Notes: a model not told the origin generated them from the letters alone. Numbered from the stretch's first letter, positions 1-9,834 are shown. The stretch: DNA of 64,000 bases from an uncultured delta proteobacterium (GCA_963840855.1 CAWJBB010000079.1:64001-128000); one strand, 5' to 3'. Numbers and translations are program-made.

Positions 1-97
1 ATAGATCGTCCGGCTCGATGATATGGGAATCGGCGGAGATGATTTTCTCGCCGGCAAGAACGGCTTCCGGCGTGTAACCTGTAGCGGCCATGCTCAT
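1..97 (-). CDS. amidohydrolase family protein (amidohydro_2), 5' part only, runs off the window
   Basis: Own translation: MSMAATGYTPEAVLAGEKIISADSHIIEPDDL, containing the ISADSHxxEP metal-binding motif; GAGGG RBS-like sequence upstream. Not in the ORF track. Confidence 0.8.
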   Translation of the reverse strand, partial: MSMAATGYTPEAVLAGEKIISADSHIIEPDDL

Positions 98-174
98 CAG
101 CGTACCCTCGCTTTCAGTCGCATTGTCCTCTTATTATGACATCTAAAAAACTTTGTCCATGGGTTGTGAACGGA

Positions 175-269
175 GGTTCAAAGTTCAATGTTCAAGGTTC
201 AACGTGTCAATGCCGAACTCGGAGCCCGGTCTCCGAAGCATCTTAACTTTGAACCTTGAACCTTGAACC
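175..269. repeat. heptamer-array palindrome (NGTTCAA)x4 ... (TTGAACN)x3-4
   Basis: GGTTCAA AGTTCAA TGTTCAA GGTTCAA at 175-202; TTAACT TTGAACC TTGAACC TTGAACC at 243-269. Confidence 0.85.
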
Positions 270-301
270 GAAATCGTCTTCGATTTCGCGCCGGATCAAA
301 A

Positions 302-330
302 TTGACGCGGCAGTATCGCCGTGTTACCAC
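302..330 (+). promoter_or_regulatory. possible sigma70 promoter
   Basis: TTGACG (302-307), 17 bp spacer, TG-n-TACCAC, upstream of the CDS at 365. Confidence 0.3.
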
Positions 331-364
331 ATAGGAGAACCCTTAAGAACGGGCGTCCTTTCGC

Positions 365-1807
365 TTGCAATTCGAAGAGCTTAAATCCCTGGACTTGAAA
401 CAATCCGCCACCGTCGGCGCGATCGTCGATGCGATGACGTATTGCGCCTTCGGCGCCCGCATGCTCGGCGAAGCCGCGCGCACGGTGCGCCAGATGATCG
501 GCGCGCCGAAAAAGCCCATTATCATCTATGATGGCATGTCGAGTTCACCGCTGGGACGGTTGCTGAAAAAGTTCGTCGCGAGAAAATGGTGCGCGCAGAT
601 TCTTCTGCCGGCGGAATATGCCGGACGCCGCGGCGGCGAGAATGCCGTTGTCGTCGGCGGGTTTTCCGAGCGCTACGCCGAGGCGATCTACAAAAAACCT
701 AAGCGCGCCGTGTTTATTAATCCCTTCGACATGGCGCGCCCAGGACAGATCAGAGATGGGTACTTTCCCGACGCGGTCTTCGCCGACCCCCGTTATGTCA
801 TGCCGGTGATCTACCGCGCCCTGGAGGAGTGGATCGATGGCAAGCCCAGATCCGTTCGATCGTTCATAGCCGAGCTTGCGCCCTACGGCGGCATCGCCGC
901 GCAGGTCGCCACGGGCGCCAAGGCGCTCGAAACAATGGCCCGTGACCAGAGCTGTATCCGCTTTCTGACCGTTAGCGGCGCCATGACGGTGGGAAAAATG
1001 GACCTCGTCATCTGCGACATGATCGAGAGCGGATTGATCCATGCGATCTCTTGCACCGGCGCGCTCATGGCCCATGGTCTGGTGTCGTCCATCGGACTCA
1101 AACATTACAAGTACAATCCGAAATATGACGACACCGAGTTAGCGCGCCGACGGCTTAACCGGGTGACCGATACGCTGGAACCCGAAACCAATCTCGATAC
1201 CGTCGAGGAAGTGATCGGTAAGGTCGTGGAAGCGATTGACGGCAAACAATCCCTCAGCCCGACGATCCTAAACAGGCTCATCGGCAAGCACTTAGCCGAG
1301 AATTATCCCAACGACCGGGGCATCTTGAAGTCGGCTTACTTGCGCGGCGTGCCGGTATTCGTGCCGGCCTTCGTCGATTCGGAACTGGGCAACGACATTT
1401 ACATCCACAACATCAAGCGTCAGCGCCGTGGTAAAAAGCCGATCCTTATCGATCTGGAACTCGACAGCAAGGAACTCATCAAATTGGTGACCAAGGCGAA
1501 ACGGTTTGGCATCTTCACCATCGGCGGCGGGGTGCCGCGCAACAACGTGCAAAACGTCGCGCCGTTGATTGAAATCATCAACGAGCGCATCGGTTCGAAT
1601 TTGCCGCCGCGCCGCTTTACCTATGGCATCCGAATTTGTCCCGATCGGCCCCATTTCGGCCATCTTTCCGGCTGCACCTACTCGGAAAACGAATCCTGGC
1701 GCAAGGCCGTCAAGAACGGCGTCTACGCCGAGATTCAAGCCGACGCGACCCAGGTCTGGCCGTTCCTGGTGAAATACGTCATGGACGCGTCAGGTACGAC
1801 CCACTAA
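365..1807 (+). CDS. deoxyhypusine synthase-like protein (homospermidine/polyamine synthesis family), extended form
   Basis: DHS motifs FLTVSGAM, CTGALMAH, PVFVPAFVDSELG, IFTIGGGVPRN, GHLSGCTYSE, ADAT. Confidence 0.85.
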   Translation: MQFEELKSLDLKQSATVGAIVDAMTYCAFGARMLGEAARTVRQMIGAPKKPIIIYDGMSSSPLGRLLKKFVARKWCAQILLPAEYAGRRGGENAVVVGGFSERYAEAIYKKPKRAVFINPFDMARPGQIRDGYFPDAVFADPRYVMPVIYRALEEWIDGKPRSVRSFIAELAPYGGIAAQVATGAKALETMARDQSCIRFLTVSGAMTVGKMDLVICDMIESGLIHAISCTGALMAHGLVSSIGLKHYKYNPKYDDTELARRRLNRVTDTLEPETNLDTVEEVIGKVVEAIDGKQSLSPTILNRLIGKHLAENYPNDRGILKSAYLRGVPVFVPAFVDSELGNDIYIHNIKRQRRGKKPILIDLELDSKELIKLVTKAKRFGIFTIGGGVPRNNVQNVAPLIEIINERIGSNLPPRRFTYGIRICPDRPHFGHLSGCTYSENESWRKAVKNGVYAEIQADATQVWPFLVKYVMDASGTTH

Positions 1808-1875
1808 GGAGTTTCGCTCCCATGTTTTGGTTTCTGGAAGAACCGTTGAAATGAGTCGAGATTTTCCCGTTCTAC

Positions 1876-1905
1876 TGAGCTTGCCGAAGTATGAGCCTGT
1901 CGAAG
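1876..1905. repeat. short tandem repeat TGAGCYTGYCGAAG x2
   Basis: TGAGCTTGCCGAAG (1876-1889) and TGAGCCTGTCGAAG (1892-1905); a related inverted motif TCGACACGCTCA lies near 32864. Confidence 0.5.
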
Positions 1906-2057
1906 CATTCTTAGGGTTTTTCAGCAGAATCAAAACCCCATCCCGACGGGCCGAAATCTTGAACCGGAAACGACGCGGATGATCCGGGCTAGAAATTTCG
2001 CCATTCTTGGAGTAAAAAAACGATGTGCCGATGATTGCTTCGCGACGGAGAAATTCC

Positions 2058-2882
2058 ATGAAAAAATCGCTCTCGACTCGTTATTCGTTATTGGCTTTAT
2101 GTCTGGCCTTCATTACCGCTTGCAGTCTCGCCCAGGCGCAATCGGCGAAAGACGAATACCAGCCGCAGGTGGGCCAGGAAGGCAAGGACGTTATCTGGGT
2201 GCCGACGCCGCAGGCGTTGGTCGATAAGATGCTCGATATGGCCAAGGTCACGCCCAATGACTATGTCATCGATCTCGGCTCGGGCGATGGGCGCACGGTG
2301 ATCACCGCGGCAAAGCGCGGCGCCCGCGCTCTCGGCATTGAATACAACCCCGACATGGTCGAACTGTCCAAACGCAACGCGGCCAAAGCCGGCGTCAGCG
2401 ATAAAGCGAATTTTGCCAAGGCCGATCTGTTCGAAAGCGACTTCTCCGAGGCGCAGGTGATTACCATGTTTCTGCTGCCGGAGATCAATCTCAAGCTGCG
2501 TCCGAAAATTCTCGACCTGAAACCGGGCACCCGCATCGTATCCAATTCATTCACGATGGGCGATTGGAAAGCCGACGAAACCGCGACGGTGAAAAATGAC
2601 TGCGCCTCCTACTGCACCGCCTACCTGTGGATCGTGCCGGCGAAAGTCGATGGCACTTGGAAGCTTCCTCAAGGCGAAATCACTCTCAAGCAGACTTACC
2701 AGACGTTATCGGGGTCCGTCAGATCCGGCGCCGCGACCACGCCAATCAGCGATGCCAAGCTAAACGGCGAGCATATCAGCTTCACCGCCGGCCGCGTTAA
2801 ATATTCCGGTCGCGTAAGGGGCAACTCGATGGACGGCGAATCCAGCAACGGCAAATGGACCGCCACCCGCGCGGGTAGTTAG
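2058..2882 (+). CDS. class I SAM-dependent methyltransferase with N-terminal signal peptide
   Basis: Motif I VIDLGSGDGR, LGIEY, ADLF; ATG at 2058 after a GGAG RBS; hydrophobic leader ending AQA. Confidence 0.85.
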   Translation: MKKSLSTRYSLLALCLAFITACSLAQAQSAKDEYQPQVGQEGKDVIWVPTPQALVDKMLDMAKVTPNDYVIDLGSGDGRTVITAAKRGARALGIEYNPDMVELSKRNAAKAGVSDKANFAKADLFESDFSEAQVITMFLLPEINLKLRPKILDLKPGTRIVSNSFTMGDWKADETATVKNDCASYCTAYLWIVPAKVDGTWKLPQGEITLKQTYQTLSGSVRSGAATTPISDAKLNGEHISFTAGRVKYSGRVRGNSMDGESSNGKWTATRAGS

Positions 2883-2888
2883 GAGGCC

Positions 2889-2972
2889 AGTTCAAAGTTC
2901 AACGTTCAAGGTTCAACGTTTGGCGGAACTGAATTTCGCATACCTTGAACTTTGAACATTGAACCTTGAACT
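2889..2972. repeat. heptamer-array palindrome between convergent genes
   Basis: AGTTCAA AGTTCAA CGTTCAA GGTTCAA ... CTTGAAC TTTGAAC ATTGAAC CTTGAAC. Confidence 0.85.
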
Positions 2973-2981
2973 CATCCTTGT

Positions 2982-3377
2982 TTACAAGGATGATTTTCCG
3001 CGCGCGGCGCGGACAAAAACCGTCATTCCTTCCGCGCGCATGACTTCGACTTCGGTTCCCGACACGATGGTTTGCCCGGCCGATTCGGCAACCGCGCGCC
3101 ACAGTTCCAGGTTTATTCTAATATAGCCTTCCGGCGCCAAGTCGCTTTGTGCGATTCCCTTCTTCCCCACCAGCGCCGCCGAACCGAATTTCACCTGGGT
3201 TTCGTAAGCAGAGCGGAGCAGCGGATAGAAGGCCAAATCCTTGAGAACCAAGCCAGAGAAGCCAAGCAGCGCAACCCACAACGGGATGACTTCCCACTGT
3301 AAGAGACCCAGAGCGACCACCGCCCCAACTGCCCAGCCGGGTATTTGGAAGAATAGATAGCGGAAGAACGTGAGCAT
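2982..3377 (-). CDS. NfeD family membrane protein (C-terminal OB fold)
   Basis: Two TM segments followed by LVGKKG..LAPEGYIRINLELWRA..GTEVEV, the NfeD-like pattern. Confidence 0.8.
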   Translation of the reverse strand: MLTFFRYLFFQIPGWAVGAVVALGLLQWEVIPLWVALLGFSGLVLKDLAFYPLLRSAYETQVKFGSAALVGKKGIAQSDLAPEGYIRINLELWRAVAESAGQTIVSGTEVEVMRAEGMTVFVRAARGKSSL

Positions 3378-3529
3378 CAGGGCACCGTTTTGAATCGCGG
3401 TTCGGCAGTGAAGCCGTAGAGCAACATCTAGTTTGAGATTAGCAGCCGGCGCTCATGCTGCAAGGATGGCATGGGGAGGCGGGACAATTGTGGTACTGCG
3501 TGAGCTGAAAATTGCTAATATCCTTATAG

Positions 3530-4132
3530 CTAGTTTTTTATTCCCAAGATCTGACGGCCGTATTCCCTAACCAATTCCTCGCGCTCTTCGGAAGGCGGCA
3601 GAGAGCGCAGACGATCCGCGATGCGGCCGCGTGCGTCGTCCTTGAGGTCGTTCCAAACCTTTAGAGCCCGGCTGAGTTGATCTTTTTCCTCCGCCGTTAG
3701 CGGCGGGGATTCAGAGGCAGGTTTCTGGTCTAAGGTCGCCGCATCGCCGCCGGAAGGGCGCGCTTCGAGAACGATCGCCCGAATCGGCCGGCCGGCCCTA
3801 TCATAAGTCATGGCAAAACTGTTAAAGCCGATTGACGAGATGAGGGACCGCATTGCAACCTCGATTGGTACCCCGCGGAGATAGAGACTCAGCGTTTTGC
3901 TATTTGCCTCGGGTGGGACGACGATCTGAAAACCGGTTCGGGCATGGATCGCATTGACGGCGAATTCCACCGAAACCTGTCGAAAGGTAACCGAGATTTC
4001 ACCGTCCCGATATTCAACCCATTCGCGAAAAGACTCGTCAACCCTACTCTGTGGATACGCAGAGCCAAAACCAACAAAGAGCAGCAGAGCGAGAGAAAAA
4101 CCCACTTGCGCAAAGCATTTCATCTCACACAC
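3530..4132 (-). CDS. hypothetical exported protein with STN/secretin-N-like segment
   Basis: Signal peptide; ISVTFRQVSVEFAVNAIHARTGFQIVVP..LSLYLRGVPIEVAMRSLI resembles an STN/N0 domain. Confidence 0.6.
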   Translation of the reverse strand: MCEMKCFAQVGFSLALLLFVGFGSAYPQSRVDESFREWVEYRDGEISVTFRQVSVEFAVNAIHARTGFQIVVPPEANSKTLSLYLRGVPIEVAMRSLISSIGFNSFAMTYDRAGRPIRAIVLEARPSGGDAATLDQKPASESPPLTAEEKDQLSRALKVWNDLKDDARGRIADRLRSLPPSEEREELVREYGRQILGIKN

Positions 4133-4199
4133 CTCGAAACCCTCAGTTCATCGCGTTCGAAGCGGGATCAGCCGGTTGTTTGGCGGCCCAACCCAGGTC

Positions 4200-5285
4200 T
4201 TAACCCAGAGGCTTCAACCCATAGAAGCGCTCGGCGTTACGGTGCAGCACCGCGTGCTTGTCGTCGTCGCTAAGATGCTCGTTTTCGACGATCTCCTCGA
4301 TTTCATGCTTGCAGTACTCGTTGTTGACTTCATGGGGAAAATCGCTGGAGAACATGAACGCCTTGTTGCCCACCGCTTCAATGACGTGGTGCAGAAACTT
4401 TTCCGTTCCTTCGCAGCCGACAAAGATCCGCCCCGCCTCGACGTGGCGCCGGATATAATCGCTGATTTTCTCGCCGGGCTTGAGCTGGATATATTCCGTG
4501 CGCGGATCGTATTGAATATGCGTTTCCCAACCGCGATCGAACCGTTCCAGACAAGTTTGCAGCCACGACACGCCGGCTTCCATAAAACCGATGCGCAGGT
4601 TCGGATACTTATCGAAGAGGCCATTGAAAATGATGCCGGCGAAGGCAACCATCTGGCCGAAGGGATGGCCGAGACCGTTGATCGGCGCGTAGGGGGTTAA
4701 AAAGTCCATGCCGAGTGCTTCGTGGGCGCCGCCATGAACACCGATGCAGCAGCCCAGGCGGTCGGCTTCGGCGTACACCGGCCAATACTCTTTATCGCCC
4801 AAATGCCCCTTGAAACCGGTGGAAGGGAACATCACGCCGCAAAATCCCAATTCGGTCACCGCGCGGCGCATTTCCTTGATGGCTTCCTCCGGTTCTTGCA
4901 ACGGTACCAACGCCAATCCCTGGAAGCGCGCGCTCTTCTTGAGATAAGTATCGGCGAACCAGTTGTTCCACGCGCGCGAGACATCGACGGCAAATTCTCT
5001 GGTGATGACCTTGCCAAAGGCGAGACCGCCGGTGGTGTAGAGCACGGCGCGCTCGATGCCGACGTCTTCCATGAATTCCAACCAACCGTCTTCCCGAACC
5101 TGTCTGAAAGCGCCGGGAACGAGTTGAAACAAGCTCGCGGAATGCAGGTGATCGAGTGGAGGGAAAATTCGCCCCTTGAATCTGCCGCTCTTGATGTACG
5201 GCTCCGGCATGTACTGCAATAGCGCATCCCAATCCTCCATCACATGGCCGTCGCCATCGACAACCGGTATGCCGTTCCGGGCCAT
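4200..5285 (-). CDS. amidohydrolase family protein (amidohydro_2, ACMSD/LigW-like)
   Basis: VDGDGHVME, IGVHGG, FMEAGVSW, FSSDFPH; start at 5285 after AAGGAGG. Confidence 0.9.
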   Translation of the reverse strand: MARNGIPVVDGDGHVMEDWDALLQYMPEPYIKSGRFKGRIFPPLDHLHSASLFQLVPGAFRQVREDGWLEFMEDVGIERAVLYTTGGLAFGKVITREFAVDVSRAWNNWFADTYLKKSARFQGLALVPLQEPEEAIKEMRRAVTELGFCGVMFPSTGFKGHLGDKEYWPVYAEADRLGCCIGVHGGAHEALGMDFLTPYAPINGLGHPFGQMVAFAGIIFNGLFDKYPNLRIGFMEAGVSWLQTCLERFDRGWETHIQYDPRTEYIQLKPGEKISDYIRRHVEAGRIFVGCEGTEKFLHHVIEAVGNKAFMFSSDFPHEVNNEYCKHEIEEIVENEHLSDDDKHAVLHRNAERFYGLKPLG

Positions 5286-5379
5286 AAGCGGGTCCTCCTT
5301 TGCATCGGTTCCGTTTAAACCCTGTGTAGCGCAAAACCGCCGTCCGAGGCAATGGGAAAGCACGCGACTGAAAGCATCC

Positions 5380-5409
5380 TTGACAGTTGAAGCCCGGGCG
5401 GCCTAACTT
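5380..5409 (+). promoter_or_regulatory. possible sigma70 promoter upstream of the Hsp70 gene
   Basis: TTGACA 5380-5385, 18 bp spacer, TAACTT 5404-5409. Confidence 0.3.
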
Positions 5410-5561
5410 CCGCACGAGGGACGAAAGCGAAAGGAAATGGCTTGAACTGCTGGAACGTCTTGAACGCAAACTAAACCGCAACCAAATTCTGCGCACCCTT
5501 CAGCTATCGTTCTCGCGATGGTAGCATTGATCGTTTCAAACTGAGCCAACCGGAGACACAC

Positions 5562-6842
5562 TTGACCAAAGCCATCGGACTGGATTTTGGGACGACGAAC
5601 AGCGCGCTCGCGGTCGCACGGCCGGACCGGAGCGTGAAGCTGGCGCGCTTTAACGGGCACCCGACCTTCCGGTCGATTCTTTACTTCGACGCCGCGGATT
5701 CCCAAACAAAAGGCGGCGCGCGCGTGGTCGCCGGCCCCGCGGCGATTAATAGTTACTTGAACGCCGAATCTCCCGGGCGCCTTATCCAGTCAGCGAAATC
5801 CTATCTGGCCAGCCGCCTGTTCCGCAAAACGCAAATTTTTGGCGCCACCTACACACTGGAAGAACTGATCGGGATCATTCTCAAAGAACTGCGTCAGACC
5901 GCCGAAGCCGAGTTCGGCGATCTGGGATCGGCGCTGGTAGTCGGACGGCCCGTGCACTTCAGCGGCGCCACTGCGGATGCCGAAGATGATTTTGCTCTGA
6001 CTCGGCTGCGCGTCGCGCTACGCAAAGCCGGGTTCGATAAGGTTCATTTCATTCCCGAACCGGTGGCGGCGGCTTACAAATATCAATTGACATTAGATCA
6101 TGAGGAGTTGGTGTTGATTGCCGACTTTGGCGGCGGCACCAGCGACTTTTCTTTGGTCCAACTCAAACCGCATGGGCGGAACCAGACCGAAAGCGCCGTC
6201 ATCGGCAGCGACGGCGTAGGCATTGCCGGAGATACGTTCGATAGCAAACTGGTGCGTCATCTGGTTGCGCCGATGCTGGGCATGGGTTCGGAGTATCGCA
6301 CGCCGTTCGGTAAGGTTTTACCGATGCCGCTCTGGGTCTATGAGAACCTGCAGCGTTGGCACTACCTTTCGTTCCTTAAGACGCGCAAGAATATGAGAAC
6401 TTTGAACCAGCTCAGATTTCACGCTCTAGAGCCGCAGAAGATCGCCGCGCTGATCGAGATAGTCGATCATGATCTTGGTTACCGGCTTTATCAAGCCATC
6501 GAAGGAACCAAGTGCAATCTTTCAAGCGCACCGGCGAGCGCTTTTGTGTTCAAAGAACTTTCCACCGGCATCGACGAGAGCGTAACCCAATCCCAATTCG
6601 AGAACTGGATCGAACCGGAAGTTCGGGACATCGATTGCTGCATCGATCGCTTGCTTGCCCGCTGCAATGTCAAGACATCCGACGTCGGCGCCGTTTTCTT
6701 GACCGGGGGTTCTTCGTTCGTGCCGGTGATCCGAAGGATTTTCGAGCAAAAGTTCGGCGACGATACACCAATAAAGGCCGGCGACGAATTTACCTCGGTG
6801 GCCATAGGGCTGGCGATCACGGCCGCGGATATCTTCGCATAA
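5562..6842 (+). CDS. yegD: Hsp70 family protein, YegD-like (ATPase domain only)
   Basis: IGLDFGTTNS, GRPVHF, EPVAAA, ADFGGGTSDF, FLTGGSS; about 430 aa with no peptide-binding domain. Confidence 0.85.
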   Translation: MTKAIGLDFGTTNSALAVARPDRSVKLARFNGHPTFRSILYFDAADSQTKGGARVVAGPAAINSYLNAESPGRLIQSAKSYLASRLFRKTQIFGATYTLEELIGIILKELRQTAEAEFGDLGSALVVGRPVHFSGATADAEDDFALTRLRVALRKAGFDKVHFIPEPVAAAYKYQLTLDHEELVLIADFGGGTSDFSLVQLKPHGRNQTESAVIGSDGVGIAGDTFDSKLVRHLVAPMLGMGSEYRTPFGKVLPMPLWVYENLQRWHYLSFLKTRKNMRTLNQLRFHALEPQKIAALIEIVDHDLGYRLYQAIEGTKCNLSSAPASAFVFKELSTGIDESVTQSQFENWIEPEVRDIDCCIDRLLARCNVKTSDVGAVFLTGGSSFVPVIRRIFEQKFGDDTPIKAGDEFTSVAIGLAITAADIFA

Positions 6843-6896
6843 GCAGGCTGCTGAAACCAATATTTACTCGTCCACTCAAACGCACGACACGGTTTG

Positions 6897-6973
6897 CGTA
6901 GCCCGGATGAAGCTGCAGCGTAATCCGGGGTTTGTGCGATCCCGGATTCCGTTTGCACTGCATCCGGGCTTAC
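6897..6973. repeat. GTAG-type REP doublet (REPIN-like)
   Basis: CGTAGCCCGGATGAAGC..AATCCGGG..CCCGGATT..CATCCGGGCTTAC; closely matches the reverse complement of the copies at 46356 and 47702. Confidence 0.85.
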
Positions 6974-7107
6974 AGTGCTGCGCCTGCGCGGCTTTTCTTG
7001 TAAAATTCAGAGCCTCGGGCTATTGAAGACTTGGGCCTATTTTTCGCTGTCGCGATTGCGACGGGCGGCGGCGGTCTCAATCTTGCAAATCAAAAAGGAG
7101 AAAAGCT

Positions 7108-7971
7108 ATGGAAGCGACGGCGGCAGAGAAACGAACGGCCCTGCGCAAGATGCTCGAGGAGCCGACCTGTCATCTAGCGCCGAGTTGTAACGACGGCATC
7201 CAAGCCCGTCTGGTCGAATGGCTCGGCTTTCCCCTCGTGCATATTTCCGGCAGCGGCCAGCACCGCTCTCTGGGGTTCGCCGATGCCGGGCTGCTTACAC
7301 TCACGGAAATGGTCAATCGCGCGCGCGAAATCGTCGACGCGGTGAACATCCCCATCGTCAGCGACGGCGAAACCGGATACGGCAACGCGGTCAACGTCGT
7401 GCGCAGCGTCCGGGAGTTCGAGAAATCCGGGGTCGCGGCCCTGCACATCGAAGACCAGATGACGCCCAAGCGGGCCGGCCATGAAGGCTTCGATGTCGGC
7501 CTGGTCTCCAGACAGGAGTTTGTCAACAAGATCAAAGCGGCGCTGGATACCCGGCGCGATGCCAACCTGGTCATCATCGCGCGGTCCGAAGCCAAAGATT
7601 CATTGCAGGAGCGCATCGACCGCGTGTCCGCATGCTGTGAAGCCGGCGCGGACGCCGTGTGGTTGAGCGCGCGCAGCGAAGACGAGATCAAAGCCTTTGC
7701 AAAAATTGGCAAGCCCATGGTCGGAGTGCCGCCGCGCCAGCTGATGCCGATTCAGCGCTACGGCGAGCTCGGCGGCCGCGTCGGTTGTATTCCCACGGTT
7801 CTTCAGGTCGCGGCGCTGCACGGCATGCGCCAGTGCCTGGAAGAGTTGAAAAAAAACGGCACCGAGGCGGGTTACTTCAAGTCAACTCCCGGCATCGAAG
7901 ACACGCGCAAATGGTACGCCAACTTGGGCAACGAGCAGCTTAAAGCCCTCGAGAAGAAATACGGTTACTGA
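7108..7971 (+). CDS. isocitrate lyase/PEP mutase family protein
   Basis: DGETGYG, LHIEDQ..PKRAGH, IIARSEA; AAGGAG RBS. Confidence 0.9.
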   Translation: MEATAAEKRTALRKMLEEPTCHLAPSCNDGIQARLVEWLGFPLVHISGSGQHRSLGFADAGLLTLTEMVNRAREIVDAVNIPIVSDGETGYGNAVNVVRSVREFEKSGVAALHIEDQMTPKRAGHEGFDVGLVSRQEFVNKIKAALDTRRDANLVIIARSEAKDSLQERIDRVSACCEAGADAVWLSARSEDEIKAFAKIGKPMVGVPPRQLMPIQRYGELGGRVGCIPTVLQVAALHGMRQCLEELKKNGTEAGYFKSTPGIEDTRKWYANLGNEQLKALEKKYGY

Positions 7972-8042
7972 CGGAATCGACCTGGGAGACGCGACCCGCA
8001 AGCCGATTTAGGTATTCCAGCACCCGTTAAAAAGGGGATCAC

Positions 8043-9042
8043 ATGTCCAGACTGAAAATCTATTGGGTGGCCAATCTTAAGCATGACTCTGCTCATAAGC
8101 TCGGCCCAACCGGTCCTTGCTCAGATGACGAAGATCAATATCGGCTACAGCGCCATTAGCGGCGACGCTATGCCAGCCTGGGTCGCCAAAGACGCGGGAA
8201 TCTTTGAAAAGAACGGACTCGATGTGGAGTTGGTCTTTTTCACCGGTGGAACCACGGCGGTCATGGCTTTGGTTTCCGCCGACACCCCGATCGCGCAATT
8301 AGCTGGGCCCGCCGTAGTAAACTCCGTCCTGGCCGGCTCCGACTCAACGCTCATCGTCGGCGGGGTCACTTCGCTCAACTACTATTTGCTAAGCCGCTCC
8401 GACATCAAGACTCCAGAGCAACTGAAGGGCGGCACGGTGGCGATCAGCCGCTTCGGGTCGGCCTCCGATTTCATCGCCCGATATGCATTGACAAAGATTG
8501 GCTTGAATCCGGACAAAGACGTCACCCTCGTGCAAATCGGCAGCACCACGGCGCGGGTGGATTCGGCGTTGACGGGGCGAGTTCATGCTACCGTCGTTAA
8601 CCCGCCCGCCAGCATCATCGCGCAGAAACGGGGCATGAACGTGTTGGCCGATCTGCCCAAGCTCGGGCTGGTTTATCAGCACACCGCGGCGGCCACGACC
8701 AAAAAATATATTCGCGAGCACCGAGATATCGTCAGGCGTTATGTAAAGTCGCAGGTGGATGCCGTCCATCGCATATACACCGACAAAGATGCGTCGATAA
8801 GGGCATTAGCGAGATTTATTGGGCGCAACGTCGACCGCGACGTCTTGGAAAAAACCTGGGAGAACATGCTCAACGAGTCGGTGTTGCCCAGGAAGCAATA
8901 CCCGTCGGTTGAAGGTTTAAAAACCATCCTGGCGTCCGAGCCCAAAGGCAAGTCCGCAAAACCGGAGGACTTCTTCGATGCGAGTTTTATCAGGGAATTG
9001 GATCAGAGCGGCTATATCGACGCTCTTTATAAGAAAAAGTGA
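8043..9042 (+). CDS. ABC transporter substrate-binding protein (NitT/TauT/NMT1-like); one extra base near 8073
   Basis: ATG 8043 after a GGGGA RBS gives MSRLKIYWVA; removing one A joins it to ORF 8083 (ILSMTLLISSAQ..). Body is a typical NMT1-like SBP. Confidence 0.85.
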
Positions 9043-9051
9043 GGCAAGCAA

Positions 9052-9819
9052 ATGACTAACTACATTGAAAAACTCTTACCCCGTTTTCGCTACGGCGTCA
9101 TCCATCCGCGCGCCAACGAGCCGGTGCAGCGCGGCCCTACATACCAGCTCTACCGCCTCATACCATTGGACGTTATGGAAATCGCCACCGGTCTGGGTTT
9201 GGAAAATTACACCGAGGAAGGCGTCGAGAAGGCGGTCAAGAATTACTGGAACTGCGTCGAAAAACTGGCCAAAGAAAAAGCTGATCTGATTATCTTCAGC
9301 GGCGCGCCGATCTCGGCGGTGTTGGGACGCCCGCGCGTGCTCGACTTACTGCAAAAGACCAAAGAGAAAACCGGCATCCCCGCCGACGCGCCGCTCGAAG
9401 CGCTCATCGCCGCCATGAAGCACCTGGGGTTGAATTCCCTCACCATCGGCAGCCGCTGGGCGGATAAGGTCAACGACTCCATCGTTCGCTATCTCGAGGC
9501 CGGCGGCATCAAAGTCGCCAGTATCACGAAGCGCAATCAGTGGGCCGCGGACGCTTTCGCCATGACGCTCGAAGAAGGATTGAATTTAGCTCTCGAAGTC
9601 GGGCGCGAGGCGGCCCGGCTCGCGCCTGAAGCGGATGGTATTTCAGTGCCGGGTGGCGCTGCCATGAGCATTCATGTCATTCCCGCGCTTGAAGAACAGT
9701 TCGGTAAACCGACGTTCACCAACATGAGCACCGAAGTCTGGAACGACCTGGTGCGCCCAGGCATTATTCCACCTGTGGAAGGTTGGGGCTGCTTGCTCGC
9801 CAACCGGCAAAGGCCGTAG
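9052..9819 (+). CDS. maleate isomerase / Asp-Glu racemase superfamily protein
   Basis: AMDase/MI-like layout: ADLIIFSGAP, ALIAAMKHLG, YLEAGG, ADGISVPGG, LEEQFGKP. Confidence 0.75.
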   Translation: MTNYIEKLLPRFRYGVIHPRANEPVQRGPTYQLYRLIPLDVMEIATGLGLENYTEEGVEKAVKNYWNCVEKLAKEKADLIIFSGAPISAVLGRPRVLDLLQKTKEKTGIPADAPLEALIAAMKHLGLNSLTIGSRWADKVNDSIVRYLEAGGIKVASITKRNQWAADAFAMTLEEGLNLALEVGREAARLAPEADGISVPGGAAMSIHVIPALEEQFGKPTFTNMSTEVWNDLVRPGIIPPVEGWGCLLANRQRP

Positions 9820-9834
9820 CGCCGTTTTCATCCT

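Noticed and set aside
3954-5496. Several 150-250 aa ORFs overlapping the amidohydrolase (and similar ones elsewhere)
   Set aside because: Alternative-frame or antisense shadows of well-supported genes, with Arg/Ala/Pro-rich composition and no motifs.
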